This document shows positions 18,333 to 28,956 of a stretch of DNA of 64,000 bases, one piece after another. Source of the stretch: Nitrosopumilaceae archaeon. GTDB taxonomy: Archaea; Thermoproteota; Nitrososphaeria; Nitrososphaerales; Nitrosopumilaceae. Numbering within the stretch: the first letter of the stretch is position 1; each line of letters begins with the position of its first letter. The stretch spans positions 1,491 through 65,490 of the forward strand of contig JBFIPZ010000001.1 of NCBI GenBank assembly GCA_041609855.1, written 5' to 3'. Both the position numbers and the translations under genes were made by a program. The notes under the pieces were generated by a model. It was given only the letters and a program-made list of their open reading frames with translations. It made no database searches and was not told the DNA's origin.

Positions 18333-19850
18333 TTGCAAAAATTTTTAATTCTATTAACCATTACATTTACCATAATTACATTACCAAACCTATCATTTGG
18401 ACAGTCTGATGATAAATTAGTTATTTTAGAAACTAGTCAAGGGGAAATTGTAATAGAGTTCTTTCCTAACGATGCTCCAATCCATGTTGGAAACTTCATA
18501 AATTTGACTGAGAGTAAATTTTATGATGGAGTACTTTTTCATAGAATAATTCCTGGTTTTATGATACAAGGAGGGGATCCAAATACAAAAAACATCGACA
18601 ATAGCACTTCCTGGGGACAGGGAAATCCAGGTTATACTATCAATGCTGAATTTAATTCAATAAAACACAATCGTGGAATAGTTTCTATGGCACGAGCCCA
18701 AAACCCTGACAGTGCAGGATCTCAGTTTTTCATAGTTCATCAAAACTCTAATTTCTTGGATCAACAATATACTGTATTTGGAAGAATTGTAACCGATAAA
18801 AGTTTTGAAACTTTGGATAAAATTGCCTCCCTTGAAACTGGTTCTAGGGATATTCCAATTGATGCAAACCAAGCAAAAATTGTCAAGGCAACAACTGTAA
18901 ATCGCTCCATGGTTCCAGGACTACTCGATTTGGGGGCACCTGAGAGAGTTGAAGAAATTACTGATACCCCAACCCCACCAAATACTGAACTGGGTAGTCA
19001 ATTATTTGAAAATGAAGAATTGGATGTCTCATTTTCTGCACCAGAAGGATGGTCCTTACAAACACCTCCAAAGACCGATGAGAATACTCCCGATGTTGTA
19101 GCTGTAGGACCACAAACTGGACTGATCAACCCAGTAATCTCATTGAGAATAATTGAAAATGATGGAAAAACATTTGATGATTTTATACAGGAAAAAAATG
19201 AATTGCTTGCAGATGTAGTAGCTACCGGTAACTTGGTGATACTTTCTCAAGAAAAATCAAAAATTAAAGGAATGGATGCTTTTGTAACTAATGCTGAGGG
19301 AATTTTCCAGACTAATACCCAATCCTTTAATGTAAAGTTTAAAGAAACTACCATTTCCGGTCCTGATAAATTTTACACTTTTGCTTATAGTAATGGGATG
19401 GATGACTTTGATAACCAATTATCAAAATATGAAGATTCTATTGATTCATTCAAAATACTATCCGAATCCACAACAAACAATGAAGGTGGTGGTTGTCTAA
19501 TAGCTACTGCAACATTTGGCTCCGAACTTGCTCCTCAAGTCCAACAATTACGAGAATTAAGGGATAACGCTCTTCTTACTACAAAAACTGGATCGGCATT
19601 TATGAGTGGATTTAACCAATTTTATTATTTGTTTTCACCACCAATAGCTGATTTTGAGAGAGAAAATCCAATTTTTAAAGAAACCGTTAGACTTGCAATA
19701 ACTCCAATGTTAACTTCGTTATCAATCCTCAATCATGTGAATATTAATTCTGAGCAAGAAGTCTTAGGTTATGGATTAAGTATTATTCTTTTGAATATTG
19801 CAATGTATTTTGCTGCCCCAGCGATTCTAGTTTATAAAATTCGAAAATAA
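18333..19850 (+). CDS. secreted cyclophilin-type peptidyl-prolyl isomerase with a long C-terminal extension and membrane anchor
   Basis: Signal peptide, then cyclophilin blocks FHRIIPGFMIQGGDP and SMARAQNPDSAGSQFFIV. An unknown domain of about 170 aa follows, then GGGCLIATATFGSELAPQVQQLRELRDN and a terminal TM helix. Confidence 0.85.
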   Translation: MQKFLILLTITFTIITLPNLSFGQSDDKLVILETSQGEIVIEFFPNDAPIHVGNFINLTESKFYDGVLFHRIIPGFMIQGGDPNTKNIDNSTSWGQGNPGYTINAEFNSIKHNRGIVSMARAQNPDSAGSQFFIVHQNSNFLDQQYTVFGRIVTDKSFETLDKIASLETGSRDIPIDANQAKIVKATTVNRSMVPGLLDLGAPERVEEITDTPTPPNTELGSQLFENEELDVSFSAPEGWSLQTPPKTDENTPDVVAVGPQTGLINPVISLRIIENDGKTFDDFIQEKNELLADVVATGNLVILSQEKSKIKGMDAFVTNAEGIFQTNTQSFNVKFKETTISGPDKFYTFAYSNGMDDFDNQLSKYEDSIDSFKILSESTTNNEGGGCLIATATFGSELAPQVQQLRELRDNALLTTKTGSAFMSGFNQFYYLFSPPIADFERENPIFKETVRLAITPMLTSLSILNHVNINSEQEVLGYGLSIILLNIAMYFAAPAILVYKIRK

Positions 19851-19937
19851 AAAAATATTAGGTTTGAATTATTTTTTAAAAATAAGGTCCTAATGAAAAA
19901 ATTTCCTAATTTCAATACAAAAATCTAATTGATTTAT

Positions 19938-21290
19938 TTACCAAACATCATCAACTTCATCGAGTATTTTGTATTCTTTTGAGGTTTCTTTATCTGAAAA
20001 CTTTAATCTGGAAATATCCCTATCAAAAAACACATCAATTGTCCAATCTAATAATACCCTTAATCGTTTATCCCATCTAGGAATTTTTGAAATGTATACA
20101 TTTCTCCATAAAGCCCATGCCCAAATTCCACTAATATTCATGCCGAAAAAAGAAGCAACCCCATTTCTTTTTCCTATAATCGCCATTTGTCCACGTGATT
20201 TATATTCAAATTTTTTCATGTCTTTATTCCGTATTAACGAATACAAATTATATGATGCTGCTTTTGCTTGAGCCTCCGCTAACTGTGCTGTTGGAGGAAA
20301 AGGTCTACCAGTAGTTGGATCGACAAAGAGGGCACAATCTCCAATTGCAAAAACTCCCGGGAATTGAGGAACTTCTAAAAAGTCATTTACGATGATTTTT
20401 CCTCTTTCAGTTTTAAACATAGATCTTTTTATGGTATTTACTGGAGTAACTCCTGCCGTCCAAATCATAGTCCTAGTTTGAATTGCTTCTCTGGTGGAAA
20501 TTTCTGAATCGGATTTTTCCTCAATTTTTTTAGTCATTATCTCACGACCATCAAAACTGATAACGGCTGTTTTTAATTTAATCACAATTCCATTTTTTGT
20601 CAATAACTTATGTGCAAAATTTGCTAACTTTTCACTAAATCCAGGTAGAATGTTTGGAAGAGCCTCTAAAACAGATACCTTGACCTCATCTTTTCCAATA
20701 TTAGGATAATATTTTCTTGCGTCTAGTAAAAAATCCATAATCTCCCCAGCTGTTTCAATTCCAGCAAAACCTCCACCCACAATTACAAAATTAAGCAAAC
20801 TCTTTCTAAGAATTGGATTTGGTTCATTTTCTGCTTGTTCAAGCATATCAATTACTCTATTTCTAATTGTCATAGCATCATTTAGATTCTTTATTGTATA
20901 GGAATATTTTTCCACATCACTCATTCCAAAGAAATTTGTTTCACTTCCCAGAGAAACCACAAGAAAATCATAATGTATTGAAATTCCTCGTTTTTCATTG
21001 GTTCCCCATAAATTTACAATCTTCCCATAGGGATCAATGTTCTTTACTCTTCCTTCATAAAATGTTGTTTTTTTAATAATTGTACGAATTGGCATTACAA
21101 TGTGTCGAGTCGCAAGCATACCTGCAGCTACCTGAGGAAGCATTGGGGTAAATAATAGAAAATTATCTTCACTAATAAGAACAATTTCAATATCATCATT
21201 ATTCTTAAAATAACTTTCCAATTTTCTAGTACATTCGACACCTCCATAACCACCACCTAAAATGACAATTTTTTTCTTATTTTTTACCAA
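19938..21290 (-). CDS. type II NADH dehydrogenase (NDH-2) / FAD-dependent pyridine nucleotide-disulfide oxidoreductase
   Basis: 450 aa. Two dinucleotide-binding motifs (VILGGGYGG, VIVGGGFAGIE) and the block AIGDCA are present. Confidence 0.85.
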   Translation of the reverse strand: MVKNKKKIVILGGGYGGVECTRKLESYFKNNDDIEIVLISEDNFLLFTPMLPQVAAGMLATRHIVMPIRTIIKKTTFYEGRVKNIDPYGKIVNLWGTNEKRGISIHYDFLVVSLGSETNFFGMSDVEKYSYTIKNLNDAMTIRNRVIDMLEQAENEPNPILRKSLLNFVIVGGGFAGIETAGEIMDFLLDARKYYPNIGKDEVKVSVLEALPNILPGFSEKLANFAHKLLTKNGIVIKLKTAVISFDGREIMTKKIEEKSDSEISTREAIQTRTMIWTAGVTPVNTIKRSMFKTERGKIIVNDFLEVPQFPGVFAIGDCALFVDPTTGRPFPPTAQLAEAQAKAASYNLYSLIRNKDMKKFEYKSRGQMAIIGKRNGVASFFGMNISGIWAWALWRNVYISKIPRWDKRLRVLLDWTIDVFFDRDISRLKFSDKETSKEYKILDEVDDVW

Positions 21291-21355
21291 TAGGATTTAC
21301 CTCCCAAAATAGTAGAATATATCCTATGAGTTTGACTTTCCGGTAATAAAAAAAC

Positions 21356-22027
21356 TTAGGAGGTTCTAATAATGTCCGAATGGAGAATATCATATGCTCT
21401 TGATGAATCTCTTTCATTCAGAATTATTATTATATTATCTTGGCTGAAAAAGGCATTTACCAATTCAATTCCATTTGCATGTAAAACCTCTGCAACATAA
21501 GATACTACATCAGATTTGTTCTTGTTGGCGGGTATAGAAATTCTAATTTTTGCCAATCCTGTATTAAAAATATCTTCTTGATTTGGCAGAGAATCAAAAA
21601 TTCTACGTATTCCATCTAGGTCTTCTGAAAGAAATCTAAAAGAGTCAGAGGATCTAAAAAAATCATAGTTACTAGTAATTTTTGAAAATTTGTCTAAAAT
21701 CGTTAAAGGGTCTATTCCTTGAGAATCATTTAATGAAAATTTAATATCAATTATTCCATCTGTAAGAGATAATCTGGCATTTTTTAAAACCGATTTCTCT
21801 TCCAATTCATCTTTTACCTCAAAGGAATCTGCATACCGTTTGATTGCAACGACAATAGTATTCAGGTTAACAGGATTTCCAAGAATTTTCTCAACATCTG
21901 GCTGGATTTTTACTGCAAGAGCTGTATAATTGATTAAATCCATTTTCATACAGTCAAAAATTGATCGATTTCTTGTTATCATCTCCCTGACTACTTCAGG
22001 GACTGACATGCTTGTTAGCCTCATCAA
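21356..22027 (-). CDS. hypothetical protein with a C-terminal ACT-like domain
   Basis: The C-terminus LAKIRISIPANKNKSDVVSYVAEVLHANGIELVNAFFSQDNIIIILNERD follows the ACT beta-alpha-beta-beta-alpha-beta pattern. Confidence 0.55.
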   Translation of the reverse strand: MMRLTSMSVPEVVREMITRNRSIFDCMKMDLINYTALAVKIQPDVEKILGNPVNLNTIVVAIKRYADSFEVKDELEEKSVLKNARLSLTDGIIDIKFSLNDSQGIDPLTILDKFSKITSNYDFFRSSDSFRFLSEDLDGIRRIFDSLPNQEDIFNTGLAKIRISIPANKNKSDVVSYVAEVLHANGIELVNAFFSQDNIIIILNERDSSRAYDILHSDIIRTS

Positions 22028-22090
22028 ATAATATTATATATTGTCAAATATAATAGCATTATGTCAGAAATAGCAGAATTGTAAGTAATC

Positions 22091-22116
22091 TTTATATAAT
22101 GTAATATGTATTACAT
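22091..22116 (+). promoter_or_regulatory. TATA-like box plus a 7-bp inverted repeat upstream of hsp20
   Basis: tttatataa (22091-22099) is followed at once by ATGTAAT-atgt-ATTACAT (22099-22116). The repeat ends 13 nt before the hsp20 ATG at 22130. Confidence 0.4.
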
Positions 22117-22129
22117 ACATTAGATAAAT

Positions 22130-22627
22130 ATGACAATATTTGATGATGAATTCAATCGAATCTTCAAAAAAATGTCAAGCTCTTTTTTTAACATAGATGA
22201 CATTTTTGAGGAAATCAAAACCAACGGAGTTAGAGGAGGCCCGTATTATTATGGTTATACAATGACCGTTGGTCCAAATGGAAAACCCATTGTAAAAGAA
22301 TATGGAAATGTAAAACCTGAATTACTTCCAGAATCTAATACAAGAGAACCTATCGTTGATACAATCTTTGATGATAAAGAAAAACTTGTAAAACTAGTAG
22401 CAGAGATGCCAGGGGTTGAAAAATCTGATGTAAAGATTCTGGTACAAGAAAAATCAGTAAATATTTCTGCAGAACACGGAGAGAAAAAATATCACGTCAA
22501 CGTTCCAATACAATACAAAGTTGAGGAAGATTCCGCAAAAGCTTCCTACAAAAATGGGATTCTTGAGCTGGTCTTTAAATTAGCACAAGATGAAAAACCC
22601 AAAGGTAAATCGGTGGAGGTTGAATAA
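22130..22627 (+). CDS. small heat-shock protein (Hsp20/alpha-crystallin)
   Basis: The alpha-crystallin domain reads LVAEMPGVEKSDVKILVQEKSVNISAEH...ASYKNGILELVF. Confidence 0.9.
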   Translation: MTIFDDEFNRIFKKMSSSFFNIDDIFEEIKTNGVRGGPYYYGYTMTVGPNGKPIVKEYGNVKPELLPESNTREPIVDTIFDDKEKLVKLVAEMPGVEKSDVKILVQEKSVNISAEHGEKKYHVNVPIQYKVEEDSAKASYKNGILELVFKLAQDEKPKGKSVEVE

Positions 22628-22655
22628 ACCCCCCAAAATTTTTTATGGTGATTAA

Positions 22656-24797
22656 ATGAGTGAAATTATTTTAAAAATTGAAGAAATTCCCCAGCAACAC
22701 GTGGGAAGAGGAAGAGCAATAGTAGATCCTAAAATTATTGAAGAAACAAATTGGAATACAGGACAAATTTTAGAATTAACCTACAATAAAAAAACACATG
22801 TAAAACTCTGGCCAGGTTCTCCAGAGGAATATGGAACAGGTTTAATCAAGATTGATGGAATTACAAGACAAAATATTGGAGCAGGAATTGGAGACAAAAT
22901 TTCTGTAAAATCTGTTGAAGCAGTAAATGCTGAACAAATTATTTTATCACCAACAGAAAAAATCGCAATAGATGGTTTACAACAATATATGATTTATAAT
23001 TATTTGAATCATGTTTTTACCACCGGAGACACAATCTCACTAAGTACTCAAATGGGAGGAAGAGTACAATTTGTAATTACCAGTACCAAACCAACAAAAC
23101 CAGTAATTGTTACAGAAAGTACAATTTTCAAACTAGGCCCAATGACAAAAGCTGTTGATACTACTATTCCACGAATTACATATGATGAGCTTGGAGGTCT
23201 AAAGAATGAAGTTCAAAAAATACGAGAGATGGTAGAACTTCCTATGAGACACCCCGAATTATTTGAGAAAATTGGTGTAGAAGCCCCAAAGGGAGTTTTA
23301 TTATATGGCCCTCCTGGAACGGGAAAGACTCTCCTGGCAAAGGCTGTTGCAGGAGAAACAAATGCTCATTTTATTTCTCTTAGTGGTCCGGAAATTATGG
23401 GAAAATACTATGGAGAAAGTGAAGAAAGAATTAGGGAGATTTTCAAACAAGCTGAGGAAAATTCACCAAGCATAGTTTTCATAGATGAAATTGATTCTAT
23501 CGCACCCAAACGAGATGAGGTATCAGGTGAGGTTGAAAAAAGAATAGTTTCACAACTGTTGACATTAATGGATGGAATGAAAAGCAGAGGGAAGGTTGTA
23601 GTTATTGCAGCCACAAATAGACCCGATTCAATTGATCCTGCTCTAAGAAGACCGGGAAGACTTGACAGAGAAATAGAGATTGGAATTCCTGATGCAGAAG
23701 GAAGACATGAAATACTTTCTATTCATACTCGTGGAATGCCTATTGATGAAAAAGTTGATCTTGAAAAAATATCCAAAACTACACATGGTTTTGTTGGGGC
23801 GGATTTAGAAGTTTTGGCGAAAGAAGCAGCAATGAGATCTTTAAGGAGAATTTTACCTGAAATTGATCTTAACGAAGATAAAATTTCAACTGAAATTCTG
23901 CAAAAAATTCAGATAACTAGTGAAGATTTTAGAGAAGCTCTTAAAGAAGTTAGCCCAAGCGCATTACGTGAAGTGCAAGTACAAATTCCAAATATTAGTT
24001 GGGATGATGTAGGAGGACTACAAGAACTAAAAGAAGAACTTCGTGAAGCAGTAGAGTGGCCTATCAAATACAAGGAAGCTTTTGATTATGTTAATGTAGA
24101 AACTCCAAAAGGAATTTTATTACATGGACCTCCTGGAACTGGAAAGACCTTGATTGCAAAAGCTTTAGCCAAAATGACCGAGTCTAACTTTATCAGTATT
24201 AAAGGTCCAGAACTACTTTCAAAATGGGTTGGTGAATCTGAAAAAGGAGTACGAGAGATTTTTAGAAAAGCTCGCCAAGCTTCCCCCTGTATAATTTTCC
24301 TAGATGAAGTAGATGCTTTGGTTCCAAGAAGAGGCAGTGGTGGATCAGAATCTCATGTAACAGAGAGTGTTGTTTCTCAGATTCTAACAGAAATTGATGG
24401 ACTAGAAGAATTACATGATGTTTTAATAATTGGTGCGACAAATAGACTAGACATTGTGGATGAAGCCTTACTTAGACCTGGAAGATTTGATAGAATAATT
24501 GAGGTACCCAATCCAGATATTAAAGGCCGAGAACAAATTTTCAAAATTCATACCAAAAAGAAACCCCTTGCAAATGATGTAAACATTTCAAATCTAGTTG
24601 AATTAACTGAAGGATTCAACGGAGCTGAAATCGCGGCTGTTGCCAATAGAGCGGCCATTTCTGCTCTCAAAAAATATGTTGGAGGGTCATCTAAAAACCT
24701 CAAGGAAATCAAAATTACGCATGCAGATCTTTTGGATGCAATTGATAAAATCAAGCCTAGAAAGACCGAATCACCCATGACTCAATCCATAAAATAG
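22656..24797 (+). CDS. cdc48: CDC48/VCP-type AAA+ ATPase
   Basis: 713 aa. An N-terminal double-psi barrel region is followed by two AAA modules, each with GPPGTGKT Walker A and DE Walker B (FIDEID, FLDEVD). It starts 28 nt after hsp20. Confidence 0.95.
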   Translation: MSEIILKIEEIPQQHVGRGRAIVDPKIIEETNWNTGQILELTYNKKTHVKLWPGSPEEYGTGLIKIDGITRQNIGAGIGDKISVKSVEAVNAEQIILSPTEKIAIDGLQQYMIYNYLNHVFTTGDTISLSTQMGGRVQFVITSTKPTKPVIVTESTIFKLGPMTKAVDTTIPRITYDELGGLKNEVQKIREMVELPMRHPELFEKIGVEAPKGVLLYGPPGTGKTLLAKAVAGETNAHFISLSGPEIMGKYYGESEERIREIFKQAEENSPSIVFIDEIDSIAPKRDEVSGEVEKRIVSQLLTLMDGMKSRGKVVVIAATNRPDSIDPALRRPGRLDREIEIGIPDAEGRHEILSIHTRGMPIDEKVDLEKISKTTHGFVGADLEVLAKEAAMRSLRRILPEIDLNEDKISTEILQKIQITSEDFREALKEVSPSALREVQVQIPNISWDDVGGLQELKEELREAVEWPIKYKEAFDYVNVETPKGILLHGPPGTGKTLIAKALAKMTESNFISIKGPELLSKWVGESEKGVREIFRKARQASPCIIFLDEVDALVPRRGSGGSESHVTESVVSQILTEIDGLEELHDVLIIGATNRLDIVDEALLRPGRFDRIIEVPNPDIKGREQIFKIHTKKKPLANDVNISNLVELTEGFNGAEIAAVANRAAISALKKYVGGSSKNLKEIKITHADLLDAIDKIKPRKTESPMTQSIK

Positions 24798-24827
24798 TCT
24801 AAATACTAAGGAATATGTCTTGAAATT

Positions 24828-25046
24828 ATGAAACTCTATCTCGATTTTGACCCATGTAAAGAATGCAATACAATGATGAAAGAATTGAGTAGTCCTGAAA
24901 TGTTGTTTGCAGATGAGAAAACCAGATCTGATGAATCTGCAAAATTCCTACGGCATCTTACCTATAATCATAACGAAGTAGTCCAAGCCGTTATGGAGGA
25001 CCTACCAAAACAGAAAAGAGATCAAGAATTCGATTTTTTTAAATAA
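24828..25046 (+). CDS. hypothetical small protein
   Basis: 72-aa ORF in an otherwise empty gap. No motifs beyond CxxC. Confidence 0.4.
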   Translation: MKLYLDFDPCKECNTMMKELSSPEMLFADEKTRSDESAKFLRHLTYNHNEVVQAVMEDLPKQKRDQEFDFFK

Positions 25047-25138
25047 TTATTTTCCCATTTTTTGCAATTATCAAACTTAGAAAATAGTAATTATATTGAT
25101 ATACAAAAAATTATTTTACTATAGCAGGTATTGAAAAA

Positions 25139-25522
25139 TTGAAAACTAACTTCCTATTTGGGTTAACGATAATTATTTTTTCACTAATAATTATCTCACC
25201 AGTTTTCGCTCAAGAACCAGAGCCACCAAAAATTCCTGAACCTTCCCCTGAACCTAAACCTATTAAAATTCCTGAACCCGAACCAATTCGAGAACCATTT
25301 CCAGAAGAAAGTGATCCTGAAAAAATTCAAAGATTAAAAGAAGAAAATACCCATCTAAAAGAAGAAAATCTTAATTTAAAAATACAAATTAATGAATTAA
25401 ATAAAATAATTGAAAATCTTCAAGCAATAACTTTGGAACAAATCAAAGTAATAATGGAATTAGTAAGTCAGCTTCGGGAAATATTGTTTGAAAAACCGCT
25501 CTCTTCAATAACAAACTTGTAA
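25139..25522 (+). CDS. secreted Pro/Glu-repeat coiled-coil protein
   Basis: Signal peptide, then PEP-type repeats (EPEPPKIPEPSPEPKPIKIPEPEPIREPFPEE), then a leucine-zipper-like heptad segment. The start codon is TTG. Confidence 0.5.
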   Translation: MKTNFLFGLTIIIFSLIIISPVFAQEPEPPKIPEPSPEPKPIKIPEPEPIREPFPEESDPEKIQRLKEENTHLKEENLNLKIQINELNKIIENLQAITLEQIKVIMELVSQLREILFEKPLSSITNL

Positions 25523-25527
25523 CTAAC

Positions 25528-26460
25528 CTAATCAGTTATTTTTAAGGTTTTTTTTATTAATAATGCACGATTTCGAATTGTAACATCACTAACACCCGAT
25601 TCATTTGAAAACTTTTTTTGACTTATTTTTTCTCCATTAACAATACATGCAATATACAATGATGCTGCTGCTTGGGCTACAGGATGTTTTCCTGCGGTAA
25701 TTCCTTTGTCTTCACATTTTTTAAGAATTTCAAATGCATCTCTCTTTGTTTTTTCACCCAAATTCATGTTATTTGAGATTTTTACAATAAATGATGCAGT
25801 ATCATATTGATTCAGATTCAAAGATAATTTTTTAATAAGCGTTCTTAGATCTCTTGATAAAATCCTTCGCTCTACATTTCCAGCAAGTGCAACATCATCT
25901 AGTGTACGAGGTATGTTGTTCTGTCTACATGAGGCATACAAAGAGGCTGCAATTAATGATGACATAGTTCGTCCCCTAGTAAGTTTTGCATTTACAGCTT
26001 TTCGATAAATATATGCAGCATTTTCAACTACATTATTAGATACTCCGATCTTGGTTTTCATTCCATGTAATAGGGTGAAGGCTTTACTTAATGATGAAGT
26101 TGTTTTTGATTTACTCCTCTGATCCCATGTGCGGAGTCTTTTAAAATCAAATTTTGTTTTACTTGAAAGGCTAGTTCCAGTAGAATCTCTGTTAGTTCCT
26201 ATTACCGTCGATAATCCTTTATCAAACATTGTAAGAGATGTTGCAGGACCAGTTCGGGCATTCTTCATAAAATCTTCTGAACTATAACTATGATTTTCGT
26301 GTGACATATCGTCTAAGTTTTGCACTAAGACAAGCCCGCAACCCCCGCAAAAAACTTCTCCTCTATTTGAATCTGTTATTACAGGGTAGGTTTTGCAAGT
26401 ATCAAGTTGACACTTGACATCATAATCACTAGAATAATACACTACCACTACTAGATACAA
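25528..26460 (-). CDS. tfb: transcription initiation factor B (TFB)
   Basis: N-terminal zinc ribbon (CQLDTC...CGGCGLVL), a B-finger region and two cyclin-like repeats. The exact start is uncertain; GTG codons follow the first ATG. Confidence 0.93.
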   Translation of the reverse strand: MYLVVVVYYSSDYDVKCQLDTCKTYPVITDSNRGEVFCGGCGLVLVQNLDDMSHENHSYSSEDFMKNARTGPATSLTMFDKGLSTVIGTNRDSTGTSLSSKTKFDFKRLRTWDQRSKSKTTSSLSKAFTLLHGMKTKIGVSNNVVENAAYIYRKAVNAKLTRGRTMSSLIAASLYASCRQNNIPRTLDDVALAGNVERRILSRDLRTLIKKLSLNLNQYDTASFIVKISNNMNLGEKTKRDAFEILKKCEDKGITAGKHPVAQAAASLYIACIVNGEKISQKKFSNESGVSDVTIRNRALLIKKTLKITD

Positions 26461-26625
26461 TTGTTATTGAATACATAAAAATAAACTGAAGGAGGTAATT
26501 TTGGAACCAAAAGAATACTTTCCCTACAAAAAATTCCTAATTATTTTTTTTAATTAAATGTGATTTTTCTATATCTTACATTCTATTAAATGTTAAAAAT
26601 AAATAAAAATTATTCTTGAAGTTGC

Positions 26626-26817
26626 CTATTTCTTTATAGAATCAAGAGAATGTCCACGGTTTACAATCATCTGGATTACCGCATCTATTGGGTACTCTAT
26701 TCCATGTTCTTCCTCAAAATGTATTCTAAGCTTTTCAAGTAGTTCAAGGCTTTTTTCTCCTTCTAAAGAAAAGTCACACTCAAACCCATATTCATCGCAC
26801 CGAAGTTTAAGGGTCAA
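26626..26817 (-). CDS. DUF1059-like small metal-binding protein
   Basis: 63 aa. LRCDEYGFECDFSLEGEKSLELLEKLRIHFEEEHG matches the DUF1059 pattern. Confidence 0.65.
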   Translation of the reverse strand: MTLKLRCDEYGFECDFSLEGEKSLELLEKLRIHFEEEHGIEYPIDAVIQMIVNRGHSLDSIKK

Positions 26818-27010
26818 TAGTCTAAAAAAATACTGAACCTATAAAAATCATAAGTACATTTTTCAAAAGAAATCAAAAAAACTAATGTAAACCAATTTAA
26901 TTTTCATACCCTAAATTAAATAAAATTATTATAATTTACTTTACGAGTGGATTCAAATTGATTTCATGCCATGTTAAGGCTAGAAAATGGATGATAATGG
27001 TGAATAGAAA

Positions 27011-27394
27011 GTGAAAGGTTTGGAATTTGTTTTTTTGGCAATAGGGTCTGTTTTTGGCGCTTTTTTAAGGTATAAAATTACCGAATCCCCACTAATTTTC
27101 AACACACTTCCATTGAACGTTTTGATTGTTAACATAATTGGGGCTTTTATTTTAGGAATTTTTATTGTGGTATCTGAACAATGGAATCTCGATGGTAGAT
27201 ACTCTCTATTAGCCGCTGTAGGATTCTGTGGATCTTTGACTACAATGTCTTCCTTTGCCCTTGACTCTAGTAATCTTTTGGATAACCAACATTATACAAC
27301 ATTAGTAGTTAATATTTTAACAAACATTGGGTTATCAATTGGTGCCTTGTTAGCAGGAAAATCTATAATGACAGCCATACTCAACACTGGTTAA
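27011..27394 (+). CDS. crcB: fluoride ion channel CrcB/FluC
   Basis: 127 aa with four TM helices. Contains GSVFGAFLRY, NIIGAFILG and GFCGSLTTMSSF. The start codon is GTG. Confidence 0.85.
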   Translation: MKGLEFVFLAIGSVFGAFLRYKITESPLIFNTLPLNVLIVNIIGAFILGIFIVVSEQWNLDGRYSLLAAVGFCGSLTTMSSFALDSSNLLDNQHYTTLVVNILTNIGLSIGALLAGKSIMTAILNTG

Positions 27395-27876
27395 TTATAA
27401 GGACTGTATTGTTTGTAGACCTTGATTACTGTTTCATGATACATTTTTTGAATGTCATCCTCAGTTGATATTGCTAGTTGTTTAACTAGATCCGAAGCTG
27501 TAACTATTCCTATAACCTTATCATTATCAATTACTGGCAATTTCCTTATGTCCCTAGAGTACATTAAATCTGCAGCCATCAAAACGGTTTCATCTGGACT
27601 GGTGGCAATAAGTGGAGAGGACATAATCTGTTTTACTGGAGTTGTAATTTGATAAGCATGAGCTACAATTTTAATAGCAAAATCTCTATCTGTAACAATT
27701 CCTATCGGTGTGTTATTTTCCATCACAATTACAGCACCTACCTTGGTATCCTCCATCATTTTTGCTGCCTCATTGGCAGTAATAGTAGCATCTACAGAAA
27801 TAATCGAATTATTCATAATATCCTTTACAGTAATACCCCCATCCTCAGATTCCATAATTTTAATTAGAGTTTCCAA
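27391..27876 (-). CDS. CBS-domain pair protein
   Basis: Two CBS motifs are present (VGAVIVMENNTPIGIVTDRDF and RKLPVIDNDKVIGIVTASDL). Confidence 0.85.
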   Translation of the reverse strand: METLIKIMESEDGGITVKDIMNNSIISVDATITANEAAKMMEDTKVGAVIVMENNTPIGIVTDRDFAIKIVAHAYQITTPVKQIMSSPLIATSPDETVLMAADLMYSRDIRKLPVIDNDKVIGIVTASDLVKQLAISTEDDIQKMYHETVIKVYKQYSPYN

Positions 27877-27995
27877 GTATTATAGAGACTTCGCAAAATC
27901 TCATTCTTGAAAATCAAACCAGAGAATACTATTTGGAAATTATTATTGACGATAATTTGAAAACTTCTTAAATTCTATTTTACAATTAATTATCC

Positions 27996-28418
27996 ATGAA
28001 GAAAATAAAGAAAATTCTTGTTCCATTAGATGGATCTAAAAATTCTATGAGGGGTCTAGATGAGGGAATTTATCTGGCAAGGCAATGCCAGGCAACAATT
28101 ACAGGTTTGTATGTTGTTCCTTTAGCAAAACCCCAAACCAATTCTCAGATTTCATACGTTGAAAAATACTTGCTAAATAATGCCGCAAAATTTATGGCAA
28201 AAGCCAAAAAACGAGCTGCGCAAAATGGAATACTTTTTGATGATAAAGTAGTTTACGGTGATGAAGCTTCTAAAATTATTAAATTCTCAAAGCAAAAATC
28301 GTACGATATTATAATAATGGGCTCACGAGGAATGAGCTCTCTCAAAGAAACTTTTCTAGGGAGCACTTCAAATTCAGTTCTTCATAAATCTACAATACCA
28401 GTTTTAATCGTAAAGTAA
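27996..28418 (+). CDS. universal stress protein (UspA family)
   Basis: Contains KKILVPLDGSKNS and IIMGSRGMSSLKETFLGSTSNSVLHKSTIPVLIVK. Confidence 0.9.
   Translation: MKKIKKILVPLDGSKNSMRGLDEGIYLARQCQATITGLYVVPLAKPQTNSQISYVEKYLLNNAAKFMAKAKKRAAQNGILFDDKVVYGDEASKIIKFSKQKSYDIIIMGSRGMSSLKETFLGSTSNSVLHKSTIPVLIVK
27998..28115 (+). repeat. 118-bp inverted repeat, left copy (5' end of a USP gene)
   Basis: Matches the reverse complement of 29738-29855 at 117 of 118 positions. The single mismatch is a synonymous A/G at 28085. Confidence 0.9.
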
Positions 28419-28490
28419 CTTGTTCATAAACCAATTTCTCGGAATGAAAATGAGGATCCTCTTTATTAGAATATTCCTTATGATAAAAAT

Positions 28491-28931
28491 ATGGCCCATA
28501 CCTTTGTAAAAGATGTCATGATTGACAAAGTAGATTCCTTAGATTCTTTGTCAACGATTAAAGATGCAGCAAAATTAATGGATGATAAAAATATTGGATG
28601 TGTTATTGCAACCCGAGATGGATTACCGATAGGAATTCTTACAGAACGGGATTTTGTAAAAAGAATTGTTTCTAAAGAAAAATCAATAACTTCCTCAATA
28701 GAAGAAGTAATGTCTTCCCCTCTGATTTCAATTGATCCTGATGAAACGGTATGGGAAGCTGCTGAGGAAATGAAGAGAAATAATATTCACAAATTACCAG
28801 TAATAAAGAATGACAGGGTTGTAGGAATAATAACAACATCCGATTTAGTCGAAATTTGTAGTATTGGATCTGACTCTGAAATGAGAAAAATATGTGATCA
28901 AATCCTAACTAGAATGGAAAAGGAACAATAA
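28491..28931 (+). CDS. CBS-domain pair protein
   Basis: Contains IGCVIATRDGLPIGILTERDF and HKLPVIKNDRVVGIITTSDL. Confidence 0.85.
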   Translation: MAHTFVKDVMIDKVDSLDSLSTIKDAAKLMDDKNIGCVIATRDGLPIGILTERDFVKRIVSKEKSITSSIEEVMSSPLISIDPDETVWEAAEEMKRNNIHKLPVIKNDRVVGIITTSDLVEICSIGSDSEMRKICDQILTRMEKEQ

Positions 28932-28956
28932 AAAAATTAAATTACAAAAAACTAGA

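Noticed and set aside
26818-27010. Possible fluoride (crcB-motif) riboswitch upstream of crcB
   Set aside because: The spacer contains ggatgataatgg, but not the conserved GGCGAUG...CGCC...AACCGCC...CUGAUGAUGCC elements or their pairing. It is ordinary AT-rich DNA.
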